From positions 1,152,001 to 1,216,000 of the forward strand of contig CAVZJV010000014.1 in assembly GCA_963775685.1 (NCBI GenBank): DNA of 64,000 nt, in the 5' to 3' direction. The notes under the pieces are model-generated. The model did no database searches, had not been told where the DNA came from, and saw nothing but the letters and a program-made list of their open reading frames with translations. Each line of letters opens with the position of its first letter. The stretch's first letter is position 1. A program made the translations under genes and the position numbers. Origin of the DNA: Candidatus Bathyarchaeota archaeon (GTDB taxonomy: Archaea; Thermoproteota; Bathyarchaeia; Bathyarchaeales; Bathycorpusculaceae). This document shows positions 1 through 9,464 of this stretch, piece by piece.

Positions 1-7
1 TGCTGAG

Positions 8-300
8 TTACCCTCGGCTCTTACGCGCTGCTAAAAGAATGATTTCACCGGGAACAGCTTTTTTCAGGCTGCCGTGAACTTTCAGAAGAAGTATCAGTTC
101 ACTATGTGTGTTTAGGACCTTCCGACCATGCGGAGTGATTTTGTAGCTATCTTACATGTCTTTTTTGCATTGGGTTGAGAAGTCTGTTTTTAACAAGACT
201 GATAAGGTATCCTTTAGCTAAGTAAAGCTTAGGTTTGCTTTTTTCATTATTTGGTTTTTCAGAGGGGGTCTTTGACTATTTCTAAGATGTCAGAATTCAT
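8..300 (-). pseudogene. Decayed archaeal winged-HTH regulator remnant
   Basis: Manual translation gives MNSDILEIVKDPL*KTK / MKKANLSFT*LKDTLSVLL / YKITPHGRKVL, the ILE..KT.IM.KANLS..Y.IT..G pattern of small archaeal wHTH proteins, broken by stops and a frameshift; boundaries approximate. Confidence 0.45.
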
Positions 301-504
301 GCGAGTTTGGTCTAAACGTCTAGAGCTATAGCTTGTTATTGTCCACTTCTTTTTTGGATGCTGTTTAGCTAAAAATTTGAAACAGGATGGATGGTTGCTT
401 AGCAAAATTCAAGATATTGGAACAAGTTTGTTTCAAATATTGTCTTCAATACGGCATAGAAAGACTTTAGTTAGGCAGGGAGAAAAAAACACTAGTGAAA
501 TCAC

Positions 505-1002
505 GTGTTAATTGGCGCAATTTCAGATACGCATGATAATTTGCCTCTCGTAGAAAAAGCCGTACAAGTTTTTAATGACCAGAAGGTTGGATTGGTGCTT
601 CATGCAGGTGACTTTGTCGCTGGTTTTGTCGTTCCACGACTGGCTAAACTGAACTGCCCCCTCATTGGTGTATTCGGAAACAACGACGGCGACCACGAAC
701 TCCTGAAAAAACGCTTTGGCGAAACCACAAATTGTACCATCCACGACCGTTTCGCCCAAGTAACTGTCGGAGGTTATCGAATTGCCCTCCTCCATGGGCA
801 CGAAACCGAACTCTTAACCGCCATTGTTGACAGCGGATACTTTAACGCGGTAATTCACGGACACTCACATAATATGAGCGTCGAATGTAAAGGCAACACT
901 TTAGCAATTAACCCTGGAGAGCTTTGTGGGTACTTGACTGGAAAATCCAGCATAGCCTTCTTGGACACGGAAAAAAACGAGGCAAGAATATTCAATCTAT
1001 AA
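505..1002 (+). CDS. Metallophosphoesterase (YfcE/MJ0936 family)
   Basis: SDTH, HAGD, GNND, HG and GHSH motifs, NPGE near C-terminus. Confidence 0.92.
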   Translation: MLIGAISDTHDNLPLVEKAVQVFNDQKVGLVLHAGDFVAGFVVPRLAKLNCPLIGVFGNNDGDHELLKKRFGETTNCTIHDRFAQVTVGGYRIALLHGHETELLTAIVDSGYFNAVIHGHSHNMSVECKGNTLAINPGELCGYLTGKSSIAFLDTEKNEARIFNL

Positions 1003-1090
1003 ATCACCGGTGGGAAAGGCAATTTTGCCTGTTTTTAGGCAAAGCTTTTAAACCTCATAACGCCGTTATGGATTGTTGAGCGCGAAAAAA

Positions 1091-1308
1091 TTGGAAAAAA
1101 CCAAACAAAAGAAAACCAAAGAACTGCGCAACAAAATTGACCTAAAAGTTATAGACCTGCTCCAAAAAGAAACCAAGGAGCTAAAACCCTACAGGAAATA
1201 GCCAACAAAACAGGTGAAGCACCCCAAAAAATTGCAAAAACTCTCTGCAGGCTCCTGGCCCAACACGAGAAACTACTAAACGAAATGTGGCTGCAGATCT
1301 ACCTATAA
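1091..1308 (+). pseudogene. Small HTH protein, frameshifted
   Basis: LEKTKQKK..IDLKVIDLLQKE then, in another frame, TLQEIANKTGEAPQKIAKTLCRL (HTH-like); frame break near 1185. Confidence 0.4.
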
Positions 1309-1508
1309 AAAACATACCATTTATATCAAAAGCTATTTTTCCGGCGTTTAGAATGGTTGTTTCTTTGTCAAGCCTAAACCTTCAGAGCCATTTTTGTCAA
1401 CGTACCTTATAAAACCAGGCGTTTTTCTGGGCTTTTTTTGCACTCTTCAAGGCGATTAGCTATAAATCAATTATCCGATGTATTTGGCACACACAGTTAA
1501 CGAAGGTT

Positions 1509-2285
1509 ATGCGGAGACTTGGAGGCATGCTTCACTCAAAAAGTGGCGATTCATCGACATTCATAACTGCCGCCGCTAAACTCAAAGAAGCGGTATCTTA
1601 CGAAGGAGCCGGAAAATACGAGAGCGCCCTAATGTCACTTGATGAAGCGATACAACTTCAGAACGATTACGTTGACGCTTGGATTATAAAAGGCATAATT
1701 TTAAGCAAGATAGGCAAATGCAGCGAAGCCATCAAGTGCTATGACAAGGTCATCGAGCTTGAAACAAACTCTGCCGATGCATGGCGTCTAAAATCAGCAG
1801 TTTACACTTCACAGAACCTGAATCAAAAATCAGTCGAATGCCTGGAAAAAGCAGTTGAGTTGAACCCGAATAGTTTGGAGTTCCGTCTAAGCTTAGCCAA
1901 TGCCCTTCAAAGGCTTAAGCGGTTTGAAGATGCCCTCAAATGCTACGCACAGGCAAAGATGCAGATGCCAAATGACCCGCTAATCGACTACTACATCGGC
2001 GTAATGTGGGGAAACATGGCAGACTATGAGAAAGCATTAGCGTCTTTCGAGATAGCGCTAAGGCTCAAACCTGATTTTACCGATGCCATGTTGGGCAAAG
2101 GGATCATGCTGGCAAAAATGGGTAGAAGCGAGGAAGCCAAAGCATGCGCCAACAAACTTCTGGAAATCAAGGGCAACACAGACCAAGATAGGACGGTTTC
2201 GACCAAATCCGTAAATGAATTCATCAGGGAAGAATACAACGCTGCTCAAAAAAGGTTCAAATCGAAATTTTCCGCAGCCAAATAA
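1509..2285 (+). CDS. Tetratricopeptide repeat protein
   Basis: Repeated AW..KG..L...G...EA..CY.K.IEL TPR units. Confidence 0.9.
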   Translation: MRRLGGMLHSKSGDSSTFITAAAKLKEAVSYEGAGKYESALMSLDEAIQLQNDYVDAWIIKGIILSKIGKCSEAIKCYDKVIELETNSADAWRLKSAVYTSQNLNQKSVECLEKAVELNPNSLEFRLSLANALQRLKRFEDALKCYAQAKMQMPNDPLIDYYIGVMWGNMADYEKALASFEIALRLKPDFTDAMLGKGIMLAKMGRSEEAKACANKLLEIKGNTDQDRTVSTKSVNEFIREEYNAAQKRFKSKFSAAK

Positions 2286-2294
2286 AGTAAGGCC

Positions 2295-3230
2295 CTATTT
2301 GCTTTTGTTGTATGGGTCTCTTAGCGAATTCGCCTTAACAAACAAGTGCTTTAATTCTTCATTGCTTGCTCCTTGGCGAATTGGCGTTAAAATATCTGTC
2401 AGGTTGTCGTTTCTCATGAGGCAGGGTTTGAGTTTGCCGTCGCTGGTCACGCGCATACGGGTACAGTGCATACAAAAGTCGGTGTTCTCTATGGGTTTGA
2501 CGACCTCGACAGTTGCGTTTGGCAGGTGGTAAATTAGGCGGTTATGCATGAAAGGGCGTTTCTCTATTGACATAGCTTTTTTCTTAAGAATTTCTTCTTG
2601 CTCATCAAGGCTGCGGTGGTGTTCTTTATAGTAGTTGTCGCCGACGTTGACGGGGTCAAGCTCGATAAGCTGCAAAACAACGTTGTTATTTCCAGCATAC
2701 TCTATAAGGTCAGGCACATCAACAACGTTAACGCCCTCTAAAACAACCGTGTTCAGTTTGACCGGACAAAAGCCAGCTTCAATGGCAGCTTTGACGCCCT
2801 CTAAAGCGGCTTCTAACTTGCCTCCTGTTAGTTTATGGTAAGTTTCTGGGTTTAAGGAAGGCAAGCTAATGTTTACCCTCTTAAGCCCAAAGTCGCGAAG
2901 CTTCTTTGCCATGCCGCCAACAAGAAGCACCCCATTAGTAGTTAATGACAAATCCCTCAACATGGGGATTTGAGCTATTCCAGAAATGATTTCTGGCAGG
3001 TCCTTGCGCATGAGCGGTTCTCCTCCAGTCAACTTTATCCTTGCAATCCCTAAGCACATGGCGATTTTTGCTATGCGTACGATTTCCTCCACCGACATTA
3101 GTTCTGCAGAGCGATTTGCCCGTTGCACTTCGCCTTCCCGGTGGCAATATGCACAGCGGTTGTTGCATCGCTGGGTTATCGATATCCGTAGGTTAAGTAG
3201 TGGTCTGCCGCAGTTGTCTGTTAAACTCAT
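2295..3230 (-). CDS. moaA: GTP 3',8-cyclase MoaA
   Basis: LRISIT.RCNNRCAYC radical SAM motif, TGGEPL, C-terminal FCMHC.R.R.TSDGKLKPCL; next to moaB/moaC. Confidence 0.96.
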   Translation of the reverse strand: MSLTDNCGRPLLNLRISITQRCNNRCAYCHREGEVQRANRSAELMSVEEIVRIAKIAMCLGIARIKLTGGEPLMRKDLPEIISGIAQIPMLRDLSLTTNGVLLVGGMAKKLRDFGLKRVNISLPSLNPETYHKLTGGKLEAALEGVKAAIEAGFCPVKLNTVVLEGVNVVDVPDLIEYAGNNNVVLQLIELDPVNVGDNYYKEHHRSLDEQEEILKKKAMSIEKRPFMHNRLIYHLPNATVEVVKPIENTDFCMHCTRMRVTSDGKLKPCLMRNDNLTDILTPIRQGASNEELKHLFVKANSLRDPYNKSK

Positions 3231-3772
3231 CGTTGTTCCCGTACGTGCTTAACGATGTGAGGAGCCTCGGGCAAAATAAGCATTTCTACCGAAGTTTTCA
3301 CAGCGTCAGGCGAACCTGGAATGCAAAAGATTGCCTTGTCCTTTGCCACGCCTGCGACTGCGCGCGACAAGACAGCTGCAGAACCCAATGTGTCATAGCT
3401 AATTCTGCGGAAAAACTCGCCGAACCCAGGTAAAGTTTTATCAAAAAATGGCGTCACTGTTTCGATAGTTATGTCTGTAGGGGTTATGCCTGTACCACCT
3501 GAAAAGATCGCGACATCCAAATCTGCTTTGCCCATAACATACATAACCGCATCTTGAATCTGGGTTTCATCGTCGGCGATTATCGTTTTAAAGAGAACGT
3601 TCTGCCCACCGTTCTTAAGCAAATCTACAATAGTGTCTCCGCCGACGTCGCTGATTTCTTTCTCGCCTTGCTCGATTTGGTTGTAGCGGGAAGTGCTGCA
3701 AATATAAATGCCAAAATTCAAGACTTTAAGTGCCTTAGATTTGTGTTGTTTAGAACTTTTACTCATAATCAT
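3227..3772 (-). CDS. moaB: Molybdopterin adenylyltransferase MoaB/MogA family
   Basis: GGTGITPTDIT.E, LPGFGE.FR, SRA.AG and PGSP motifs. Confidence 0.93.
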   Translation of the reverse strand: MIMSKSSKQHKSKALKVLNFGIYICSTSRYNQIEQGEKEISDVGGDTIVDLLKNGGQNVLFKTIIADDETQIQDAVMYVMGKADLDVAIFSGGTGITPTDITIETVTPFFDKTLPGFGEFFRRISYDTLGSAAVLSRAVAGVAKDKAIFCIPGSPDAVKTSVEMLILPEAPHIVKHVREQR

Positions 3773-4206
3773 GCCTGCTTAAACTTTTTGATAACATGAA
3801 TATTCTCAATATTCGTCGACGGATACTGGCCTGCAGCGTCTTTTTCGTATTGCTTAGTCATGTCCCAAACCGTCAACAACGCTGCAGAAACAGCGGTCAG
3901 GGCCTCCATTTCTACACCCGTCTGAGCTTTTGTTTTAACAGTTGCTGTAGCTTCAACCGTGGTTTTATCTGAGACTTTCACAGTTACCTCAACATTCGTA
4001 AGGGGCAAGGGATGACAAAGAGGAATCAGATCACTCGTCTTCTTAGCTGCTAACACACCAGCAATTTTGGCGGTGTAGAGTGGATCGCCTTTTGCGATTT
4101 TCCCAGACGAAACTAAACCAATCGTTTCTTGTTTGAGTTTTATTATTCCGGTTGCGGTTGCTTCCCTATAGATTTCTGCTTTTCCCGAAACATCAACCAT
4201 AGCCAT
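3769..4206 (-). CDS. moaC: Cyclic pyranopterin monophosphate synthase MoaC
   Basis: MVDVS.K, LIPLCH, TGVEMEAL and DM.K motifs. Confidence 0.96.
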   Translation of the reverse strand: MAMVDVSGKAEIYREATATGIIKLKQETIGLVSSGKIAKGDPLYTAKIAGVLAAKKTSDLIPLCHPLPLTNVEVTVKVSDKTTVEATATVKTKAQTGVEMEALTAVSAALLTVWDMTKQYEKDAAGQYPSTNIENIHVIKKFKQA

Positions 4207-4212
4207 GCTAAA

Positions 4213-4482
4213 TCACCTTTTGTTCTGATCCCAAACGTCTATTAGGTTTTGCACTGCTTTAGCTTTTGCTGAACCCTCATCAAACCGGTACATTCTAACC
4301 CGCCCATACGTACGCTCCTGCAAGATATCCTCGGCTTCCAAAACTTTCAAGTGTAACGAAGTCGAAGCGAAATTCATCTTGAGCCTACGTGCAATGTCGG
4401 AAACATTAAGCTGTCCCAGTTTGTAGATGAGTTTTAGGATTTTCATGCGGGATTTCGAAGAGAAAACTTCTTCCAGTTCCAT
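4213..4482 (-). CDS. ArsR-like winged-HTH protein
   Basis: FSSKSRMKIL..LNVSDIARRL..HLKVLE pattern, 89 aa. Confidence 0.8.
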   Translation of the reverse strand: MELEEVFSSKSRMKILKLIYKLGQLNVSDIARRLKMNFASTSLHLKVLEAEDILQERTYGRVRMYRFDEGSAKAKAVQNLIDVWDQNKR

Positions 4483-4485
4483 GTT

Positions 4486-5676
4486 TTACGCTCGCCTTTT
4501 TTCTTGTTGCAAACTCGCGGTCAATTCCTTCTCCAACTCGCTTGCAGGAATTGTTGGGAGCGAAAGCCGGGTTGTCCGCCCACGCGTCTCGGCTGAAGAG
4601 ACCTCTGTTTTCAGTACGCCTAACCTGGAGAAGTACTGGGCATAGTTCCAAATTTGAGTATGACCATTAGGAGTTTCATCGAACTCTTCGCAGGCGACGC
4701 CATAGGCTTTTTGAACTTCAGATAGCGAAGCGTAAGCTTGCAAGTTTTCTTTGAAATACCTCGCAACTGCCAGAAGGAAAAGTTTCTGGTGTAAACCCAA
4801 AGATGCCAAGTCACTGCGCCTCAAGCCAGGAATAATACTAGAAACCGCCATTCTAACAAACTCCGGCTCAACACTACCCGAATCCTGGGCATCAGCATAT
4901 TTGCCCGAACGCCACAAAAGCTCGATCCCGAAGCGAGCGTTCCCAGTTTCAGTGAAAGCTAAACTAGCAATCAGATCTACAACATCTTCCGGCACTACCC
5001 CCGAGTCAAAGGCCATGTCGACTCGGTCGTTTAAGATGTCGACGAGTTGCGGTTTGTCGTAGCGTTCAAGGGTTATGATGCTGCGTTGAAGGGTGCTCTT
5101 GGCACTCTCATCTAGCTGCTCAACTGCCTGCAAATCACGCATAATGAAAATTAATGACAGCCTCTGGGGTTCGCCCTGTCGCATCTCCTGCAGCCGTGTA
5201 AGTTTATAGACGGCATCTGCACCCTCTTTCTCGATTAAGCTATCAAACTCATCAAGAGTTAGTATCATGAAGACGTTTTCTTCATCCAGAACCTGCATCA
5301 ATGTCGAGAGGATTTCTTCGGCGCTATAACCCCGTGCGGGGTAGTTGGGGCGGAAAACAGTGACGACTCGGTGAAGAATCGGCTGGAGGCTTCCACGGTA
5401 CTCACGACAGTTAACGTGTACGTATCGGAATTTTATACCCCGTTTGTTGGATTCTGATGTAATGGAGGCCCCGAAGCGCTGGGCAAGTGCTGTTTTTCCC
5501 GTGCCCACATCTCCTGTCAAGATGACGCGTTGAGCCATTTTTTCTGGGCAGCGCAAAATAAAGTTGAAAAATTCCAACAAGAGGCGATGTTGGGTTTCCC
5601 TGTGCGGGAGCTTCTGCGGAATGTAGTTTATATCAAGTTTTGATTCGTCTTTGAATACGCTTAGACTCCGCACCAA
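4486..5676 (-). CDS. cdc6: Orc1/Cdc6 replication initiator
   Basis: YIP..LPHRE, Walker A GDVGTGKT, VNCR, Walker B LDEFD, GNAR sensor, C-terminal wH ending GRTT. Confidence 0.93.
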   Translation of the reverse strand: MVRSLSVFKDESKLDINYIPQKLPHRETQHRLLLEFFNFILRCPEKMAQRVILTGDVGTGKTALAQRFGASITSESNKRGIKFRYVHVNCREYRGSLQPILHRVVTVFRPNYPARGYSAEEILSTLMQVLDEENVFMILTLDEFDSLIEKEGADAVYKLTRLQEMRQGEPQRLSLIFIMRDLQAVEQLDESAKSTLQRSIITLERYDKPQLVDILNDRVDMAFDSGVVPEDVVDLIASLAFTETGNARFGIELLWRSGKYADAQDSGSVEPEFVRMAVSSIIPGLRRSDLASLGLHQKLFLLAVARYFKENLQAYASLSEVQKAYGVACEEFDETPNGHTQIWNYAQYFSRLGVLKTEVSSAETRGRTTRLSLPTIPASELEKELTASLQQEKRRA

Positions 5677-5780
5677 CTGTTTTTCCTCAATGATTAGAGC
5701 ATATTGTTTTTGGGGGTAATATTATGTTTTAAAACAAAAGGCTAATAAATGCATTCTGCAATCCTATTTCCGACACTAAC

Positions 5781-6344
5781 ATGATACCAAAATACTTCTT
5801 TTTCACTAAAGGAGTTGGTAAACATAAAGAGCAACTCCAATCATTTGAATTAGCCTTGCGAGACGCAGGCATACAGATGTGCAATCTCGTCAGTGTATCC
5901 AGCATCGTGCCACCTGGCTGTGAGCTGGTAACACGGGAGAAAGGCTTAAAAATGATTCATCCAGGCGAAATTACTTTTGTTGTTATAGCCCGCAACGCCA
6001 CTAACGAACCTCATAGACTTGTAGCGTCATCCATCGGCGTAGCTATCCCCTCAGGTAAAAATCAATACGGCTACCTAAGTGAACATCACAGCTTTGGGCA
6101 AACTGATGAAACTGCTGGCGACTATGCAGAAGACCTCGCTGCGACCATGCTTGCGACAACCATGGGTATTCAATTTGATCCTGAAATCGCGTGGGACGAA
6201 CGCAAACAACTCTTCAAAACCACTGGGTTAATAATCAAGACCGCTAACACAACCCAGTCTGCGGCAGGCGACAAAAATGGACTCTGGACCACCACCGTTG
6301 CGGCAGCAGTTTTGGTACCTGAAGAAAACGGCAAAAACAAATAA
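5781..6344 (+). CDS. pdaD: Pyruvoyl-dependent arginine decarboxylase
   Basis: [18 protein letters not shown] (Ser-Ser autocleavage site), GYLSEHH, WTT..AAAV. Confidence 0.92.
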   Translation: MIPKYFFFTKGVGKHKEQLQSFELALRDAGIQMCNLVSVSSIVPPGCELVTREKGLKMIHPGEITFVVIARNATNEPHRLVASSIGVAIPSGKNQYGYLSEHHSFGQTDETAGDYAEDLAATMLATTMGIQFDPEIAWDERKQLFKTTGLIIKTANTTQSAAGDKNGLWTTTVAAAVLVPEENGKNK

Positions 6345-6604
6345 ACCAGAAGCCAAGTTTTCGAAGGCTTACAACAATTGTTTTTTTAAACTATTTTAAG
6401 GAATTGAGTTAGCTCTGCTTAACCTTACGGTCCAGTTCTAATATAATCACAAATGAGAAATACGCCGTTATACTGTTTAACTTAAATTATAACATTTTTC
6501 TGAAAAACGTCTCCTTCGAAGCTGACTCCATCGAGAGTTTGGGAAGCTTAACAGGTCGTTCAGTATCGACAAACGTTGAATGAATGTAAGATTAAGTTAT
6601 GCTG

Positions 6605-7381
6605 TTAAAAGAAGGATTCAAGTTTTGAAGTTTCAGACTTCTTAAGCACTTCCGCGCAGATTTTGGGGTCAAGCGCCTTAAATTCCAAGCCAAGCGTCAC
6701 CAACAACCGCTGCACGTCCTTCCCAAGGCTCGGTGCAACCAAAATAGCGCGGACTTCACGGTTAACTTTGGCTTTGATGGGTTCAATGTACTTTGCCAAT
6801 TGCAACGCTGCCTCTTTGGAAGCAGTTTTTCGTTTCACTTCAACGATAACAAGTTTCCCGTTTTTGTCCTCTCCATAAATGTCCACAAAGCCTGGCTCAA
6901 CTTTTTTCTCCCAGCTAATCGGTTTGAAGCCTTCTTCGAGAAGTTCAGGCTTGACCAGAATCGCGCGGTGCATGTCGTCTTCACTGGCATATAACAGAAA
7001 ATCTCCTGCATCCATCAGGTTAAGCGCGGAAGCCATGTAGACATTGCTGAATGCTACTTTCACAATTTCCCGCGGTTTCTGGCGAACGCCATGAACCTCC
7101 AACTCGCCATCTTTGACTTGAACATGGAAGACGCTACCTGCTGGTTGCCAATTGACTGGTTCGTAGCCGACGGGACGATGAACAAGCAAGGACCCATCAG
7201 ACTTTATGATTAAAAGACGTTCGCCGGGTTCAAGAGTTGAGCGTGCCCTTCCAACATAATGCACATGGCAGATCCCTGCGACGACAAGGGTTCTGCGTTG
7301 CACGAACGCTTTTCCAATAAGCACAGCAGCTTCGGCTAAGTTGGGTTCGGTTAATACTGCGAGTTTTTTGTTCTCTTGCAT
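6605..7381 (-). CDS. nucS: Mismatch endonuclease NucS/EndoMS
   Basis: Y.GRA.S.L, K.DGS.LVH..GYEPVNW, VDI...D..G..VIVEVKR, QL.KY motifs. Confidence 0.94.
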   Translation of the reverse strand: MQENKKLAVLTEPNLAEAAVLIGKAFVQRRTLVVAGICHVHYVGRARSTLEPGERLLIIKSDGSLLVHRPVGYEPVNWQPAGSVFHVQVKDGELEVHGVRQKPREIVKVAFSNVYMASALNLMDAGDFLLYASEDDMHRAILVKPELLEEGFKPISWEKKVEPGFVDIYGEDKNGKLVIVEVKRKTASKEAALQLAKYIEPIKAKVNREVRAILVAPSLGKDVQRLLVTLGLEFKALDPKICAEVLKKSETSKLESFF

Positions 7382-7431
7382 TTTTGATTTTCGCCAACTA
7401 TTTTAGTCAGGCATTGGGTACATAAGATTTC

Positions 7432-7998
7432 TTGAAGGAAACGCAGTTGTCAACCTGGAAAGATAAACGCAAAGTTATGCAGAGCTATAATGTAACAGCA
7501 GAAATGTACGAGGAAAGGTATGCAGATGAGCAGAATAGAAAATACGAAAAAGCTTTGGAAAAAATCGATGTTTCCGGCAAGGCGTTGTTGGATGCTGGTT
7601 GCGGTTCAGGGCTTTTCTTTTGCAAAGTTGCTTCATTTGCAGAGGTGGTTGTTGGAGTGGACGTTTCACGCCAATTACTCCTTAAGGCAAAAGGACAAGC
7701 AAAGGCTTTTCTAAACGCTTTCGTGCTCCAAGCAGACGCAGATCACATGCCATTTAAGAATGGAGCTTTTGATAACGTCTTTGCTTTTACCATACTTCAA
7801 AACATGCCTGAACCCAATGATACACTGAAAGAACTAAAACGGGTTGTTAAGCCGGTTGGCAACGTTGTGGTAACTGGGTTAAAGAAAGCGTTTCCGCTTG
7901 AAAGGTTCATGGATGTTTTGGAAAATAGTGGTTTGCAGGTAACCGCGTTTATGGACGATGAAGACTCCAATTGTTATATTACAGTGTTAGCTGTTTAG
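7432..7998 (+). CDS. Class I SAM-dependent methyltransferase
   Basis: LLDAGCGSG motif I, ADA.HMPF..GAFD, ELKRVVKP. Confidence 0.9.
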   Translation: MKETQLSTWKDKRKVMQSYNVTAEMYEERYADEQNRKYEKALEKIDVSGKALLDAGCGSGLFFCKVASFAEVVVGVDVSRQLLLKAKGQAKAFLNAFVLQADADHMPFKNGAFDNVFAFTILQNMPEPNDTLKELKRVVKPVGNVVVTGLKKAFPLERFMDVLENSGLQVTAFMDDEDSNCYITVLAV

Positions 7999-8004
7999 CG
8001 GTAG

Positions 8005-8673
8005 TTACTTCTCTTCTTCGGATATGGGTTCTTCCTCTGCGTTCTGTTCCTCTTCTGGCTTGGGTTCAGCTGCCTCTTCTTTTTGTTTTTCCACATTAAG
8101 TAACATGTTGATTAAAGCTTTCTGGTCAACTTCAGCACGTGTACGCCAATCCAAGTACATCAGACCTTTATCATCCTGCATAAAGTAACCATAGCGAATG
8201 TAGCGGTCAAGGTTTAAGCCAATTTTCCAGTTAGGCATCTTCTCACCCAAAAGTTTCTCGACCTCTTTGCGTGCTGCTTGCCCCTTCTTGCTGACAATGT
8301 AGCTTATAGTTATGGCTAATCCTGCCAAATCGTCAACTCGCCAACCCATCAACTTTTCTTTGGTCACTGAGCCGTTGGATAGTGCAATAAAGAAGCGCGC
8401 CTTATCCAACTCCTCTATGGTTGGTTTTTCTGGGGCTTTTTCCTCTTCAAAAATCACTTTAACCTGCAAATCCATCGGTTTTAGGTAGTCTTCTAATAAG
8501 TCAACAACTTTGGGATAATCGGAACCCAACGCTTTGTGGAGTTCCCAGCCTTTTACTCCTGGTTTCTGATGTCTTTTATAGAAGAGCATTTGGGTTGCCT
8601 TCTTGATTTTAGCTGCATAGACCCCCCTTTTTTTCGCACTCATTTTAGTTCGCCTCTTCTCCATTTCTGCCAA
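8005..8673 (-). CDS. Putative kite-like (tandem winged-helix) SMC accessory subunit
   Basis: Third gene of the SMC operon, overlaps the previous gene; two wH-like halves (GVKGWELHKALG; RKEVEKLL..LDRYIRYGY), acidic tail; assignment inferred from context. Confidence 0.5.
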   Translation of the reverse strand: MAEMEKRRTKMSAKKRGVYAAKIKKATQMLFYKRHQKPGVKGWELHKALGSDYPKVVDLLEDYLKPMDLQVKVIFEEEKAPEKPTIEELDKARFFIALSNGSVTKEKLMGWRVDDLAGLAITISYIVSKKGQAARKEVEKLLGEKMPNWKIGLNLDRYIRYGYFMQDDKGLMYLDWRTRAEVDQKALINMLLNVEKQKEEAAEPKPEEEQNAEEEPISEEEK

Positions 8674-9464
8674 TCTGCACAGGAAACCGCGATTGGAACC
8701 GATGTAGACTGCTGTGTTAAAGCTTCCTTATGGGGTTTATCAAAGGGCAGAATGAATACAGTCTCTTCAAGTCTATCAATTTCCAACGTCGCATAACCGT
8801 AAGTTACCAGAAAAGCAGTTAAGAAAGCGCGTTGCACTGTTTCTTCGTAGGTACCCGCACCGATAAAATCCCAGTATACAATTTTTCCACCGATACTTTT
8901 TTCCTCGGCTTTGTTTTTGAGTTCCAACCAATAACACTCCAGTTCTTCCGAAAATTCGCGGTCACTTAAAACGCGCTGCTTAATAAGCTCCTCACGGCTC
9001 ACTGAACCCATAGCAACCGGGGAAACATCTATGTCTTTCCATCGGTCTCCAAGAGGAGCCAAAGCATCCCAATACAGCATTCCCTGCGCTAAGCTATGTA
9101 GGTTAATCTGTTCAAACTCAACCAGCGGACTCCAAGCACCCAGAAAAACCTCAACTATCCCCTGCTTGCTGGTCTGACGTATTTTTTCCTCCAGCAAAAA
9201 TGGGTCAGTATAGAGCGAGCTTGAACGTCGTTTTATCCATTCACTTTGCATTTTGATGACCGTGGCTAAGTGGTGAAGCGCTTCGGCGTCAAGTTTTAGT
9301 TCCTCAGGTTTTTCCCAATGCGGGAAATACTCCTTGACAATCTTGATAATATCATCTACATTAAGGGTGAAGGGATCAACAGTGTGGTTTTCAATAGCGA
9401 TGCACATTTCTATGATGCGTTCCAGCCGTTCTTTGCCCAGCTTTTTGCCTTCTTTAGTTGGCAT
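8640..9464 (-). CDS. Putative kleisin (ScpA-like)
   Basis: N-terminal VDPFTLNVDDII resembles archaeal ScpA DPWDIDI; C-terminal F...AFLV.YG...L wH-like cap; overlaps the SMC stop. Confidence 0.62.
   Translation of the reverse strand: MPTKEGKKLGKERLERIIEMCIAIENHTVDPFTLNVDDIIKIVKEYFPHWEKPEELKLDAEALHHLATVIKMQSEWIKRRSSSLYTDPFLLEEKIRQTSKQGIVEVFLGAWSPLVEFEQINLHSLAQGMLYWDALAPLGDRWKDIDVSPVAMGSVSREELIKQRVLSDREFSEELECYWLELKNKAEEKSIGGKIVYWDFIGAGTYEETVQRAFLTAFLVTYGYATLEIDRLEETVFILPFDKPHKEALTQQSTSVPIAVSCADWQKWRRGELK

Noticed and set aside
5677-6604. Replication origin (ORB repeats) near cdc6
   Set aside because: The intergenic stretches are AT-rich but show only single weak TCCA-like matches and no repeated ORB/G-string motif
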